Positions 49,871 to 59,181 of a DNA stretch of 64,000 nucleotides are shown here, one piece after another (position 1 is the stretch's first letter; every line of letters begins with the position of its first letter). The notes under the pieces are model-generated. The model was not told the origin of the DNA. It saw nothing but the letters and a program-made list of their open reading frames with translations, and searched no databases. Both the position numbers and the translations under genes were made by a program. The DNA comes from an uncultured Ruminococcus sp. Its GTDB lineage: Bacteria; Bacillota; Clostridia; Oscillospirales; CAG-272. The stretch is taken from assembly GCA_964590755.1 (NCBI GenBank), contig CAZPYK010000003.1:3382-67381 (forward strand). Reading direction: 5' to 3'.

Positions 49871-50350
49871 TCATACTCTGCGGCGTCTTTTGGCGCGTTT
49901 GGCATACGAGATCGATCGCGGTCTGCCGAGTGCCGCGCCGATGGCATAAAAACCGAACAGGGCGACGTGAAGACCCGCCTTAAACCATATCGAGTACTCT
50001 GCCTGCCCCGGAATGAACGCGGATGCCGCAAGCATTGCCAATGATTGAAGTGCCGCTGCGAGCAGTGCTTCGGCAAATGCCGCGCGGTGCTCGCGACGCG
50101 AAGCGACGAACCCTCCCGCAAACGCTCCGAGAAAATATGCCGCCAATGCTGACGGAAGTGTGAAGCTGTCCGGATCCGGGCACGCGATTGCGACAGCCGA
50201 CGCGGCAAGCATGAACATTATGCCCGAACCGACTGATGCGACGGCGGAGAAGCCCACGGTTGCCGCGATGCCGAGTAGATCGTTCTCTTCTTTCTCTTTT
50301 TTTGCAGACGACGGAACAGCTCTTGTCGATCGAATGGGCGTGTTTTTCAT
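49871..50350 (-). CDS. small integral membrane protein (TIGR04086/YrzE-like?)
   Basis: 159 aa with four predicted hydrophobic Gly/Ala-rich helices and a basic C-terminal tail, downstream of yajC. Confidence 0.6.
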   Translation of the reverse strand: MKNTPIRSTRAVPSSAKKEKEENDLLGIAATVGFSAVASVGSGIMFMLAASAVAIACPDPDSFTLPSALAAYFLGAFAGGFVASRREHRAAFAEALLAAALQSLAMLAASAFIPGQAEYSIWFKAGLHVALFGFYAIGAALGRPRSISYAKRAKRRRRV

Positions 50351-50421
50351 TGCTCGTTTATTATCACCTTTCGCAGCTTGTCGGCGGCGGTCGCCGTCTC
50401 TTGCTTAAGTTATATGCAAGT

Positions 50422-50463
50422 AAATAAAAAGATATGCCGTTTCGGATGCGGAAACGGCATATC
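50422..50463 (-). terminator. rho-independent terminator after yajC
   Basis: GATATGCCGTTTC-loop-GAAACGGCATATC forms a 13-bp stem, followed by TTTTTATTT on the minus strand. Confidence 0.7.
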
Positions 50464-50477
50464 GGCGAAAAGCAATA

Positions 50478-50888
50478 TCAGTTTTCTTTGCTTTTTTTTG
50501 CTTTCTTCTTGTTTTCCTTGGCGGGGGCGTCGGCGGGAGCTTTCTTTTCGTCGGCTTTGTCATCGTTTCCGCCGTTGACGGGGACCGTCACTCTCGATAT
50601 CGCGCTCTTGAGGATATGGAGTCTTGTGCGGTCGCGGCTCGTCACTATGGTCACCGTGTCCTCGCTGCTGATGGCGATGATTATGCCGATGATCCCGCCG
50701 ATGGTGACTATCTCGTCGCCGACGGCAAGACCGTTTCGCATCTCATTGGTCTCCTTCTCCTGCTTGCGCTGAGGGCGTATAATGAAAAAATAAAACACGG
50801 CGATCATTATTACGAGCATTGCCAGAGTGATCCATGAGCTGCCGCCGCTGCCGGTATCGGTGGTGCCCGAGGTTAAAAATAAAGGCAT
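50478..50888 (-). CDS. yajC: preprotein translocase subunit YajC with Lys-rich C-terminal extension
   Basis: A single TM segment followed by FYFFIIRPQRKQEKE...GDEIVTIGGIIG, the YajC signature. Confidence 0.85.
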   Translation of the reverse strand: MPLFLTSGTTDTGSGGSSWITLAMLVIMIAVFYFFIIRPQRKQEKETNEMRNGLAVGDEIVTIGGIIGIIIAISSEDTVTIVTSRDRTRLHILKSAISRVTVPVNGGNDDKADEKKAPADAPAKENKKKAKKSKEN

Positions 50889-51126
50889 TGGATATTTCCT
50901 CCGAAAGTTATTTTACCGATATTATACACTGTTTTGCTCACGGTTTCAATAACGAATTGTAAATTATTCGCATTTTCGCTTCAAAAACCACCCTTGATTC
51001 TTGAAAAATAAGGATAATTGTGGTATACTTATGATATAAAAGTGTGCGCGCGTCATTCCGCCGTTTGTGCGTCGCCTCTCGTGTGCGAGGATTGTGTGCG
51101 GAGCCGTGCCGAAAACGGAGATCGAA

Positions 51127-51702
51127 ATGAGTTTTACGGATAATAAAAATAATAAAGAAAAGCTCGATGTCGAAAACTGCCGAAGATCAAGATATCTTGA
51201 ATGCGGCAAGGTCATAAATACACACGGACTTGACGGAACGGTCAAGCTTGAGGTTTGGTGTGACGCCCCCGAGACTCTTGCGTCGCTTAAGCGAGTGTAC
51301 GTGAAGGATGAAAATGCGGAGGACGGTCATTTTTCTGAGCTGAAGGTCCGACGTGCCTCGGTTCAAAAAAGATTCGTATTGGCGAAGCTTGAAGGAGTGG
51401 ACGATCCCGATGCCGCGGAGCGTATGCGAGGCACCGTTCTTTATGCCGAAAGAGGTGATGTCCCTCTGGCTCCCGGTGCGCATTTTATTGCCGACCTTAT
51501 AGGACTTCCCGTCATAGATGCCGACAGCGGTGTTGAATACGGAACGCTTTGCCATGTTTTCAATGCCGGGGCATCCGATGTATATACGATCGACACTCCC
51601 GCCGGCGAGCGCATGATGCCCGCGGTGCCCGAGTTTGTGGTGTCGATTGATATAGATAAGGCTATATATGTAAGACCCATCGAAGGAATGTTTGAGCCAT
51701 GA
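51127..51702 (+). CDS. rimM: 16S rRNA processing protein RimM
   Basis: GKVINTHGLDGTVKLEVW and a PRC barrel C-terminus. ATGA overlap with trmD. The start is set at M21 (GGAGA RBS). Confidence 0.9.
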   Translation: MSFTDNKNNKEKLDVENCRRSRYLECGKVINTHGLDGTVKLEVWCDAPETLASLKRVYVKDENAEDGHFSELKVRRASVQKRFVLAKLEGVDDPDAAERMRGTVLYAERGDVPLAPGAHFIADLIGLPVIDADSGVEYGTLCHVFNAGASDVYTIDTPAGERMMPAVPEFVVSIDIDKAIYVRPIEGMFEP

Positions 51703-52427
51703 TGCGCTTCGATATAATGACCTTGTTCCCCGAGTTGGTGGGGTATGTGCTGTCCGAAAGCATAATCGGTCGGGCGCAGAAGAGCGGTGCCATAGAGGTG
51801 GGAATACACAATATACGCGACCACAGCGAGGATAAGAATCGCCGTGTGGACGACACGCCGTACGGCGGCGGTAAGGGGATGCTCATGGCGGCGCCGCCGA
51901 TATATAATTGCTATAAGTCGATAATAGATGCATCCACGACCGAGATGAGGACGCGGCGCATATTTATGTCCCCGAAGGGCAAGGTGCTGGATCAGCGGCA
52001 TGCTTTGGAGCTTTCGATGAATTACGACAGGCTCATCATCCTTTGCGGTCATTACGAGGGTGTGGATCAACGAATAATCGATGAGATCATAGACGAGGAG
52101 ATCTCCATAGGGGACTATGTGCTGACCGGCGGCGAGATCCCCGCGTGCATTTTGGTGGATGCCGTGGCGAGAACGGTGGACGGCGTGCTTTCGGCGCGCG
52201 AGTGCTTTGAGAGCGAGAGCCATTCCGCGGGTGTCCTCGAATATCCGCAATATACTCGTCCGTATGAATTTCACGGGGTCAAGGTGCCGGATGTGCTGCT
52301 TTCCGGGCATCACGCCAATATAGAGCGCTGGCGCGCCGAGGAAGCGTTGCGACTTACTCAAAGGCTGCGCCCGGATCTGTTGGAAAAGTCGGACGCGAAT
52401 AAGGATAAAACGGATAAAGAAACATAA
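51699..52427 (+). CDS. trmD: tRNA (guanine37-N1)-methyltransferase
   Basis: MRFDIMTLFPE, DDTPYGGGKGM, CGHYEGVDQR and GDYVLTGGE. Confidence 0.95.
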   Translation: MMRFDIMTLFPELVGYVLSESIIGRAQKSGAIEVGIHNIRDHSEDKNRRVDDTPYGGGKGMLMAAPPIYNCYKSIIDASTTEMRTRRIFMSPKGKVLDQRHALELSMNYDRLIILCGHYEGVDQRIIDEIIDEEISIGDYVLTGGEIPACILVDAVARTVDGVLSARECFESESHSAGVLEYPQYTRPYEFHGVKVPDVLLSGHHANIERWRAEEALRLTQRLRPDLLEKSDANKDKTDKET

Positions 52428-52466
52428 AAATGTTTTTAATTCAAAAAAGATAAGGGGGACGATCTC

Positions 52467-54422
52467 GTGAGCGAGCGAAGCGTAAAGAATAAGAGCGAAG
52501 AACGCATGAGCTGCTTTGAGCTTATATGCTCGGACATAGACGAGAAGCTGGACAGCGGTCGGATCGGCGGGACTATGACGGGATATTCTCGCGTTCGGGA
52601 AGATTTTGATTCATCCGCCATAGTCACGACGATCAGACGTTCCGGAAGCGGCAAGGGCGTTTGGCGACGAATAAAGCGCGGCGTGGCGCGTCAATTTGAG
52701 TCATCGGTGCTGATGAATTTGATATATCGCTTAAGGCGGGCTGTGCTGACCGGCATGAACAAGACCTACGGGGTCTTCTTCGTGACATTCGGCATATATG
52801 CTTCGCTTATCTACTTAATTAAAAAATATGCTCTCGATATCTCGGATGTATCATATTGGGATCTTGTTTTCGGTGTGTCATCGGTGATCGTGGCGTTTCC
52901 GTTGCTGTTCAGTTCGCGCTCACTCGTGCAGTCTCTCGGCAGCAGCGTGATATTGCACCATGTTTTGAGCGATGCTTGCGGAGTTACCACCGATAAGCTT
53001 TCCGCAAAAGCGAGCAGACGTGAATCCGAGCAGAGTTGGGCGGTGATCGCGGGCATTGCCTGCGGCATGTTGACATATCCGGTCCCGCCGTCAACGTTTT
53101 TGATAGGCATCTCGTTGATTGCATTTCTTTCCCTTATGCTGACATTTCCCGAGACCGGTGTTTTGATCTCACTGGTCGCGTCACCTTTTTTGAGTCTTTT
53201 GGGGCATCCGTCGATAGTGTTGGCTGCTATGACTTTTATTGCCGCCGGGGGCTTTGCGATCAAGCTTTTGCGCGGTAAACGAACTGCGATCTGCGGTCCT
53301 ATTGAGGTGACGGTGTGGGCGTTTGCGTTGCTTACCGTCGCCGGCGGAGCGTTCACCGCGGAAAACAGCGGAAGCGTTGCGAGCGCTTTGCTGCGTGCTT
53401 CCGTGATGCTTATATATTTTCTGATCGTCAATTCCGTGAAGGACAGAAAAAGGCTCAAGACCTGCATCACGCTCATGGTCGCGTCGGCCGCCGCGGTGTC
53501 CTTCATCGGGGTCGCCGAATATCTCTTGGGGCATGCGGCGTACGATTGGCTGGACAGCGAACTCTTCGCGGGCATTTCGGGGCGCAGTACCTCGGTGTTT
53601 TCCAATCCGAATACTCTTGCTTACTATATAATTACCGTGTTTCCGTTATCTCTTGCGGAAACGGTGTTGGCCAAGGAGCGTCGAGAGAGGGTGCTTGCGG
53701 GTTTTGCGGCGGTATCCATGCTCGTTTGTACGGTGCTTACATGGTCTCGCGGCGCGTGGCTCGGTATGGCGGTGTCGGCGTTTGTGTTTTTGATGATGCT
53801 GAGTTCTCGCGCGATAGCGATAATTCCCATCGGCGCAACGATCCTGTCATTGGCGTCCGCTGCGGCACCGCGCAGTTTCGGAGCGCGCATATCAAGCATG
53901 GTTTCGATGAGTGACAGTGCGAATTATTACCGTGTGCGCATCTGGAACGGTGCCTGCGATATTATAAAAAGATATTTCTTCGGCGGTATAGGCATCGGCG
54001 AGGATATATTCGGCGAGATCTATACCCGCGTGGCAGCCCCCGAGGTGTGGAACGCGATGCACGCCCACAGCCTTTGGCTGCAAATCATCATAGAGCTGGG
54101 GGCTCCGGGAATCATTGTTTTTGCCTTGCTGCTGTTTTTCCTGCTTCAAAAATCATTTGAATGCGTAAGCCGAGGAGACCGAAAGCTCGGTGTGATGTGC
54201 GGAGCGTGCGTGTGCGGCGCCGTTGCTCCGATGGTGGCGGGAGCGTTCGACCATGTGCTTTACAACAACACGGTACTGTTCACCTTTTGGGCTGTTGCGG
54301 GTTTGGCATCCGCGGCGGCGGAGATACGGTGTTCCGAGCTGAATGAAATATCCGTCGGCAACACCTCCGCAGTCAATGACGAAAGGTCGGCCGCCGCGAC
54401 ACTTCGCTTGAAGCGCAAGTGA
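52467..54422 (+). CDS. O-antigen ligase/polymerase (Wzy_C) family polytopic membrane protein
   Basis: 651 aa with more than 10 TM segments and the TWSRGAWLGMAVS motif typical of the O-antigen ligase family. GTG start with an AAGGGGGA RBS. Confidence 0.7.
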   Translation: MSERSVKNKSEERMSCFELICSDIDEKLDSGRIGGTMTGYSRVREDFDSSAIVTTIRRSGSGKGVWRRIKRGVARQFESSVLMNLIYRLRRAVLTGMNKTYGVFFVTFGIYASLIYLIKKYALDISDVSYWDLVFGVSSVIVAFPLLFSSRSLVQSLGSSVILHHVLSDACGVTTDKLSAKASRRESEQSWAVIAGIACGMLTYPVPPSTFLIGISLIAFLSLMLTFPETGVLISLVASPFLSLLGHPSIVLAAMTFIAAGGFAIKLLRGKRTAICGPIEVTVWAFALLTVAGGAFTAENSGSVASALLRASVMLIYFLIVNSVKDRKRLKTCITLMVASAAAVSFIGVAEYLLGHAAYDWLDSELFAGISGRSTSVFSNPNTLAYYIITVFPLSLAETVLAKERRERVLAGFAAVSMLVCTVLTWSRGAWLGMAVSAFVFLMMLSSRAIAIIPIGATILSLASAAAPRSFGARISSMVSMSDSANYYRVRIWNGACDIIKRYFFGGIGIGEDIFGEIYTRVAAPEVWNAMHAHSLWLQIIIELGAPGIIVFALLLFFLLQKSFECVSRGDRKLGVMCGACVCGAVAPMVAGAFDHVLYNNTVLFTFWAVAGLASAAAEIRCSELNEISVGNTSAVNDERSAAATLRLKRK

Positions 54423-54464
54423 GTAAAAAAGGCTGGAGCCGCGAATTGTGCGGTGTTGCCTTAA
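54415..54464. repeat. solo right-end copy of the 37582-37761 element
   Basis: 54415-54464 matches 37712-37761 at 48 of 50 positions, including the complete 22-bp terminal repeat. The stop codon of the upstream gene (TGA 54420-54422) lies inside it. Confidence 0.75.
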
Positions 54465-54504
54465 CGTCTTTGATAGTTTTGATTTGGAAAGGAATATTCA
54501 TAAC

Positions 54505-55035
54505 ATGTCAAAAAATAACGGTACTTCGCGTGCGCAAGCAAAGCATCGATTTAATATATTGGATGCTCTGATAATAATTATCGCGGCGGCTGTTGCGGCT
54601 GTGCTTCTTATGGCGTATCTCCCCGGAGGGCTTGCGCGTATATCGTCGGATGGGGATACCACGATAATCTATACCGTTGAGGTGCAGGGGATCAAGAGAG
54701 ATCTCGCATCCGGGATCTCGGTAAACGATCCCGTCACCGAAAAACAAACGTCGGTCGCGTTGGGGCGCGTCAGCTCCGAGGTCGAGGTGACGGCTTACAA
54801 TTATGTCAGGTATGACACGAAGACCGGAGAGGTCGTGCTTGACGAATATGACGATCTTGCGACGATATTGATAACGATCACCGCCGATGCGCGCTCTGAC
54901 GGATCACGCGGCTATACGGTGAACGGTTGCCGCATTGCGATAGGCGCGGAATACAGCTTGAGCATTCCGAACTTTGAGGGGATCGGAACATGCATAAGCA
55001 TAAGTGAGATATCCGGGAACGGAGGTGCAGAATAA
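54505..55035 (+). CDS. DUF4330-like single-pass membrane protein
   Basis: RFNILDALIIIIAAAVAAVLLMAY N-terminal anchor followed by a beta-rich domain. GGAAAGGA RBS. Confidence 0.6.
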   Translation: MSKNNGTSRAQAKHRFNILDALIIIIAAAVAAVLLMAYLPGGLARISSDGDTTIIYTVEVQGIKRDLASGISVNDPVTEKQTSVALGRVSSEVEVTAYNYVRYDTKTGEVVLDEYDDLATILITITADARSDGSRGYTVNGCRIAIGAEYSLSIPNFEGIGTCISISEISGNGGAE

Positions 55036-55539
55036 ATGAATACCGAAAGATCCGAGAAAAACGGAAGTACGGGGGTGCGCTTCGGTGCGACGGATATAGC
55101 AATAATTTTATTGGTCATAATATCCGTGGCTTCGATCGTAATCCGTATGGTGTCGGACAGCGCGTCCTTTGGAAAAGAGACGGAGGAGTGTGTGCTGCAG
55201 TTTGAAGCCGTGCAGGTGAGATATACGACTTACGACGCGCTTGAAGCGGAGGGGGATGTGTATATAGGCGATCGTTTGCTGGGAAAGTTGTCTTCTCAGA
55301 TCACGTATGCGCCCTCGGCGCTTCACACCTTCGATGATGTCGGCGCTCCCGTTGATGTTCATTATCCCGAAAACACATTGATCGATATCACCGGTGAGGT
55401 TGAATGCTCGCTGGTGAAGACCGAAGGGGGCTATGTTACCGCCGACGGTATCCACCTTGCACCGGGAACCGAGATCACGCTAAAGCTGCGCACGGTCGAC
55501 CTTAAGGTCACGGTGATATCACTGTCTCCGACCGAATAA
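55036..55539 (+). CDS. DUF4330-like single-pass membrane protein (paralog)
   Basis: Same architecture (RFGATDIAIILLVIISVASIVIRMV anchor plus a beta-rich domain). The ATG directly abuts the upstream stop. Confidence 0.55.
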   Translation: MNTERSEKNGSTGVRFGATDIAIILLVIISVASIVIRMVSDSASFGKETEECVLQFEAVQVRYTTYDALEAEGDVYIGDRLLGKLSSQITYAPSALHTFDDVGAPVDVHYPENTLIDITGEVECSLVKTEGGYVTADGIHLAPGTEITLKLRTVDLKVTVISLSPTE

Positions 55540-55638
55540 CACGGTGCGGTACCCGATCGGTTTTCGGTTTTTGACGGAATGATTAATATTTAACGAATCG
55601 GCAATGTAACAGAACGTTAAATATCATCACTTTGTCTA

Positions 55639-55667
55639 TTGATTTTATTTGTTTTGTAGGATATAAT
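55639..55667 (+). promoter_or_regulatory. sigma-A promoter for ptsH (TTGATT-17-TATAAT)
   Basis: TTGATT lies at 55639-55644 and TATAAT at 55662-55667. Confidence 0.55.
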
Positions 55668-55717
55668 ATTAATTAAGACCAAAAGTGTCCCCCAAAGAGC
55701 TTGATAAGGAGTCCGAA

Positions 55718-55981
55718 ATGATCTCACGCGAAGTTACCATAAATAATAACGGCGGCTTACACGCCAGACCCGCAACTTATTTCATACAGAAAGCCAATTC
55801 TTACGTCTGCTCCATTTGGATCCAAAAGGATGATCGCAAAATGAATGCAAAGAGCCTTTTGGGTGTTCTCTCGATAGGAATCGCCAAGGGCATGACCGTT
55901 ACGCTCATTGCGGACGGACCTGACGAAAAGGATGCTCTTGATGGGCTTGAAGCGCTCATCAACACCGGCTTTGCCGAATAA
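55718..55981 (+). CDS. ptsH: phosphocarrier protein HPr
   Basis: GGLHARPA (His15 context) and NAKSLLGVLSIG (Ser46 context), 87 aa, AAGGAG RBS. Confidence 0.9.
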   Translation: MISREVTINNNGGLHARPATYFIQKANSYVCSIWIQKDDRKMNAKSLLGVLSIGIAKGMTVTLIADGPDEKDALDGLEALINTGFAE

Positions 55982-56149
55982 TTGTTGGTTTTTGATCTCT
56001 TTTGCAACGGTGATGATAACGATCCGTTCATTGATCTCGGCTATTCGGTGTATGCTTTTATAATACATAAAGTCTGCCGATGGCAGGATCCGAACAGGGT
56101 TGTCAAGCTTATTGATGACCCTGCTTTGCTGTTGTTTTACAGATAGGGA

Positions 56150-58138
56150 ATGAATAACGATAATAATTTGATTGAAGGCTGCGCGGATGAGATAAAGCGC
56201 GGGCGCTTGCTTGCGGAGGCGTGTGAGCTTCCGCTTTCTCCGGGTGTGTATATTATGAAAAACATATCCGGCAAGGTCATATATGTCGGAAAGTCGCGAA
56301 AGCTTCGTGACCGTGTTTCTCAATACTTTCGCAACGGAGAGAAAAACCTTAAGACCCGCCGCATGGTGGCGTCGGTCGATCGTTTTGAGTATATAGTTTG
56401 CGATACCGAGATCGAAGCGCTCACTCTCGAAAATACGCTTATCAAGCAATACTCACCGCGGTATAATATCAGATTGAAGGATGCAAAATCATATCCTTAC
56501 ATCAAGATTACCGCCGAGGCGTTTCCGCGTCTTGTGATGAGTCGCAAGCGAGAGAATGACGGCGCGAGATATTTCGGGCCGTATTCCGGCACGTCGACGG
56601 TGTTTTCCGTTATGGCGCTCGTGAACAAAACGTTCGGTCTGCCATCCTGCAAAAAGCGTTTCCCCGCAGATATAGGGAAGGAACGCCCGTGCTTATATTA
56701 CAGAATAGGGCAATGCTGCGGAGTTTGCACCGGAAGTGTCGATACCGAACGATACGGAGAGCTGATATCTTACGCCGCCGAGGTACTGCGCGGCAACACC
56801 TCTGCCGCAAGACGCAAGCTTGAGGCCCGGATGTATGAGTATGCGGAAGCCGAGGCGTTTGAAGCCGCCGCGCGTTGTCGCGATACCATAAAAGCGCTTG
56901 AGGCTTTGTCACAAAAGCAAAAGGTCGTGGCCTCTCCCGATTGCGATGAGGATGTATTCGGCGTGTATTATGACGATGCGCTGTCGGTCATGTCAATGCT
57001 GATGATACGCGGCGGTGCGCTGACAGACAAGGTGGATTTTTCTATTCCCGGAGAGGCTATCGTGGATCCGAAGAGTCTGTGCTCTTTGGTGTGCGAATAT
57101 TATCGCAGGTGCGATTCGGCACCGACGCGAGTGCTTGTCGGTTTTGATTGCGACGAGGAAGATATTACCGTAATGTCGGACTATTTGAGCGACATTGTCG
57201 GAGGACGAGTGCGGGTGTCGGTCCCCAAAATAGGTGATAATCGGAAGCTGTGCGACATGGCGGCAGACAATGCCCGAGAGGCGGCACTGCGTCTGCGTCG
57301 CGATCACGACCGAAACGAGGATGCGTTGATAAGGCTTGCCGCGCTCTTGGGACTTGAGGTGATCCCGGAGCGTATAGAGGCGTATGATATCTCAAACCTG
57401 GGCGATGAGCATATAACGGCGGGCATGATAGTTTGCGAGAACGGCAGCTTCAGAAAACGTGATTACAGAAGCTTTAAGATAAGCTCCACCGCGGGAGCGG
57501 ACGATTACGGTGCTTTGCGCGAGACGTTAAGGCGAAGGCTGGCGCATCTTGTGAGCGTTGCCGACGATGCGGCCGAGAGCGATGCGCTGTCCGTTACGCC
57601 CGATCTGATATTGCTTGACGGCGGCGCGGCGCATCTCGGTGTCGCTCTTGATGTCATGGACGAGCTCGGTGTGAGACTGCCTGCCGTGGGAATGGTCAAG
57701 GATGACTTTCACAAGACTCGCGCTCTGATTACCGCGGATGGCGAGGTCGGGATCGCAAAGGAACGCGAGGTATATGGGTTGATCTACCGCATACAGGAGG
57801 AGGTCCACCGCTTCACCGTGTCGAAAATGTCCGCCGCAAAGCGCAAGACCTACAAGACTTCGACCTTGGAGAAGATAAAGGGAATAGGCCCCGCAAAGTC
57901 AAAATTGCTTCTGTCCGCTCTCGGGGGGCTGGGAGCCGTAAAGGCTGCCGACCGCGAGACTCTGTGCGCCGTTAAAGGGATATCGGAGTCAGAGGCGCTT
58001 GCGGTGTACGGATATTTTCATCCGAACTCCGCCGCGGGAGACGAGAAACCCGAACAGCAAATAAATCGCGGGAGGACCGAAAACGATGATGAGGATAATA
58101 ACCGGAAGCGCACGGGGGACGAAGCTTCTGACTCTTGA
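56150..58138 (+). CDS. uvrC: excinuclease ABC subunit C
   Basis: GIY-YIG domain (PGVYIMKNISGKVIYVGKSRKLRDRVSQYF), UVR domain, endonuclease V-like domain and HhH motifs, with a charged ~40-aa C-terminal tail. Confidence 0.95.
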   Translation: MNNDNNLIEGCADEIKRGRLLAEACELPLSPGVYIMKNISGKVIYVGKSRKLRDRVSQYFRNGEKNLKTRRMVASVDRFEYIVCDTEIEALTLENTLIKQYSPRYNIRLKDAKSYPYIKITAEAFPRLVMSRKRENDGARYFGPYSGTSTVFSVMALVNKTFGLPSCKKRFPADIGKERPCLYYRIGQCCGVCTGSVDTERYGELISYAAEVLRGNTSAARRKLEARMYEYAEAEAFEAAARCRDTIKALEALSQKQKVVASPDCDEDVFGVYYDDALSVMSMLMIRGGALTDKVDFSIPGEAIVDPKSLCSLVCEYYRRCDSAPTRVLVGFDCDEEDITVMSDYLSDIVGGRVRVSVPKIGDNRKLCDMAADNAREAALRLRRDHDRNEDALIRLAALLGLEVIPERIEAYDISNLGDEHITAGMIVCENGSFRKRDYRSFKISSTAGADDYGALRETLRRRLAHLVSVADDAAESDALSVTPDLILLDGGAAHLGVALDVMDELGVRLPAVGMVKDDFHKTRALITADGEVGIAKEREVYGLIYRIQEEVHRFTVSKMSAAKRKTYKTSTLEKIKGIGPAKSKLLLSALGGLGAVKAADRETLCAVKGISESEALAVYGYFHPNSAAGDEKPEQQINRGRTENDDEDNNRKRTGDEASDS

Positions 58139-58661
58139 GGGAGATGCGACTCGCCCGACTTCCGAAAGAGCCAAAGAGGCGATCTTTTCGATGCTTCAGT
58201 TTTCTCTTCGCGGAAAAAAAGTGCTCGATATGTTTGCCGGATCGGGGCAGATGGGACTTGAAGCGCTCAGTCGCGGAGCGTCTCTTGCCGTGCTGTGCGA
58301 TATGTCGTCGGCAGCGATCGAGGTCATAAAGAAAAATGCAGCCAAGACGCGGCTGGAGGACGGCTGTCGAATAATCGGCTGTGACGCGCTCAAGCTTGCG
58401 AAATATATCTCCGACGAACGCTTCGAGCTTGTGTTCATCGATCCGCCGTACGCATCCGGGCTGATCCCTCAATGCATTCGTTCGCTTATGAGCGGCGGGC
58501 TTTTGGAGTGCGGCGCTTTGCTCGTTTGCGAGAGCGACAAAAACGGCGCCTTTCCGTCGGACGAGCTTTTTGCCTCCGGCGAGCTTGAGCTTTTAAAAAG
58601 CGCCGTATACGGCGCGGCGCGTGTTACGATAATAAGATATACGGGAGGTGCAATCGAATGA
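58086..58661 (+). CDS. rsmD: 16S rRNA (guanine966-N2)-methyltransferase RsmD
   Basis: MRIITGSARGTKL..RPTSERAKEAIFSML, DMFAGSGQMGLEALSRGA and DPPY. Confidence 0.88.
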   Translation: MMRIITGSARGTKLLTLEGDATRPTSERAKEAIFSMLQFSLRGKKVLDMFAGSGQMGLEALSRGASLAVLCDMSSAAIEVIKKNAAKTRLEDGCRIIGCDALKLAKYISDERFELVFIDPPYASGLIPQCIRSLMSGGLLECGALLVCESDKNGAFPSDELFASGELELLKSAVYGAARVTIIRYTGGAIE

Positions 58662-59158
58662 CGCTTGCCATAGTTCCCGGAAGCTTTGATCCCATGACTC
58701 TCGGGCATAAGGATGTCATAGAGCGTGCAGCGCGGTTGTTTGACAGGGTCGTTGTCGCAATAATGATAAATCCGGACAAGCAGGGAATGTTTACTCTGCT
58801 CGAACGCCAAAGGATCGCCGAACTGACGCTTTCGGGGCTGGACGTTGAGATCCTTGTATCGGAAGGATATCTTGTCGATCTTGCCGAAAGGCTCGGCGCC
58901 GATGCAATAGTCAAGGGCGTAAGAACGACCGAGGATTTTGAATATGAGCAGAGCATGGCTCTGTTCAATCATGAACATTATCCCGATTGTGAAACGATAT
59001 ATCTTCCGTCATACGGAAAAAAGACGAGCATCAGCTCAACCGCCGCGCGCGCTCGGATAATGAGCGGAGAGGCGACCGCCGATCTGCTTGCCGACGCGGC
59101 GGTTGAGTATATACGCAGTCTGAATATGTCGATAAAAAATAATGTAAGTCAACCATGA
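58658..59158 (+). CDS. coaD: phosphopantetheine adenylyltransferase
   Basis: AIVPGSFDPMTLGHKDVIERA and ISSTAARA. ATGA overlap with rsmD. Confidence 0.93.
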   Translation: MTLAIVPGSFDPMTLGHKDVIERAARLFDRVVVAIMINPDKQGMFTLLERQRIAELTLSGLDVEILVSEGYLVDLAERLGADAIVKGVRTTEDFEYEQSMALFNHEHYPDCETIYLPSYGKKTSISSTAARARIMSGEATADLLADAAVEYIRSLNMSIKNNVSQP

Positions 59159-59181
59159 ATGTGAAAGGAATTGTAAAATAA

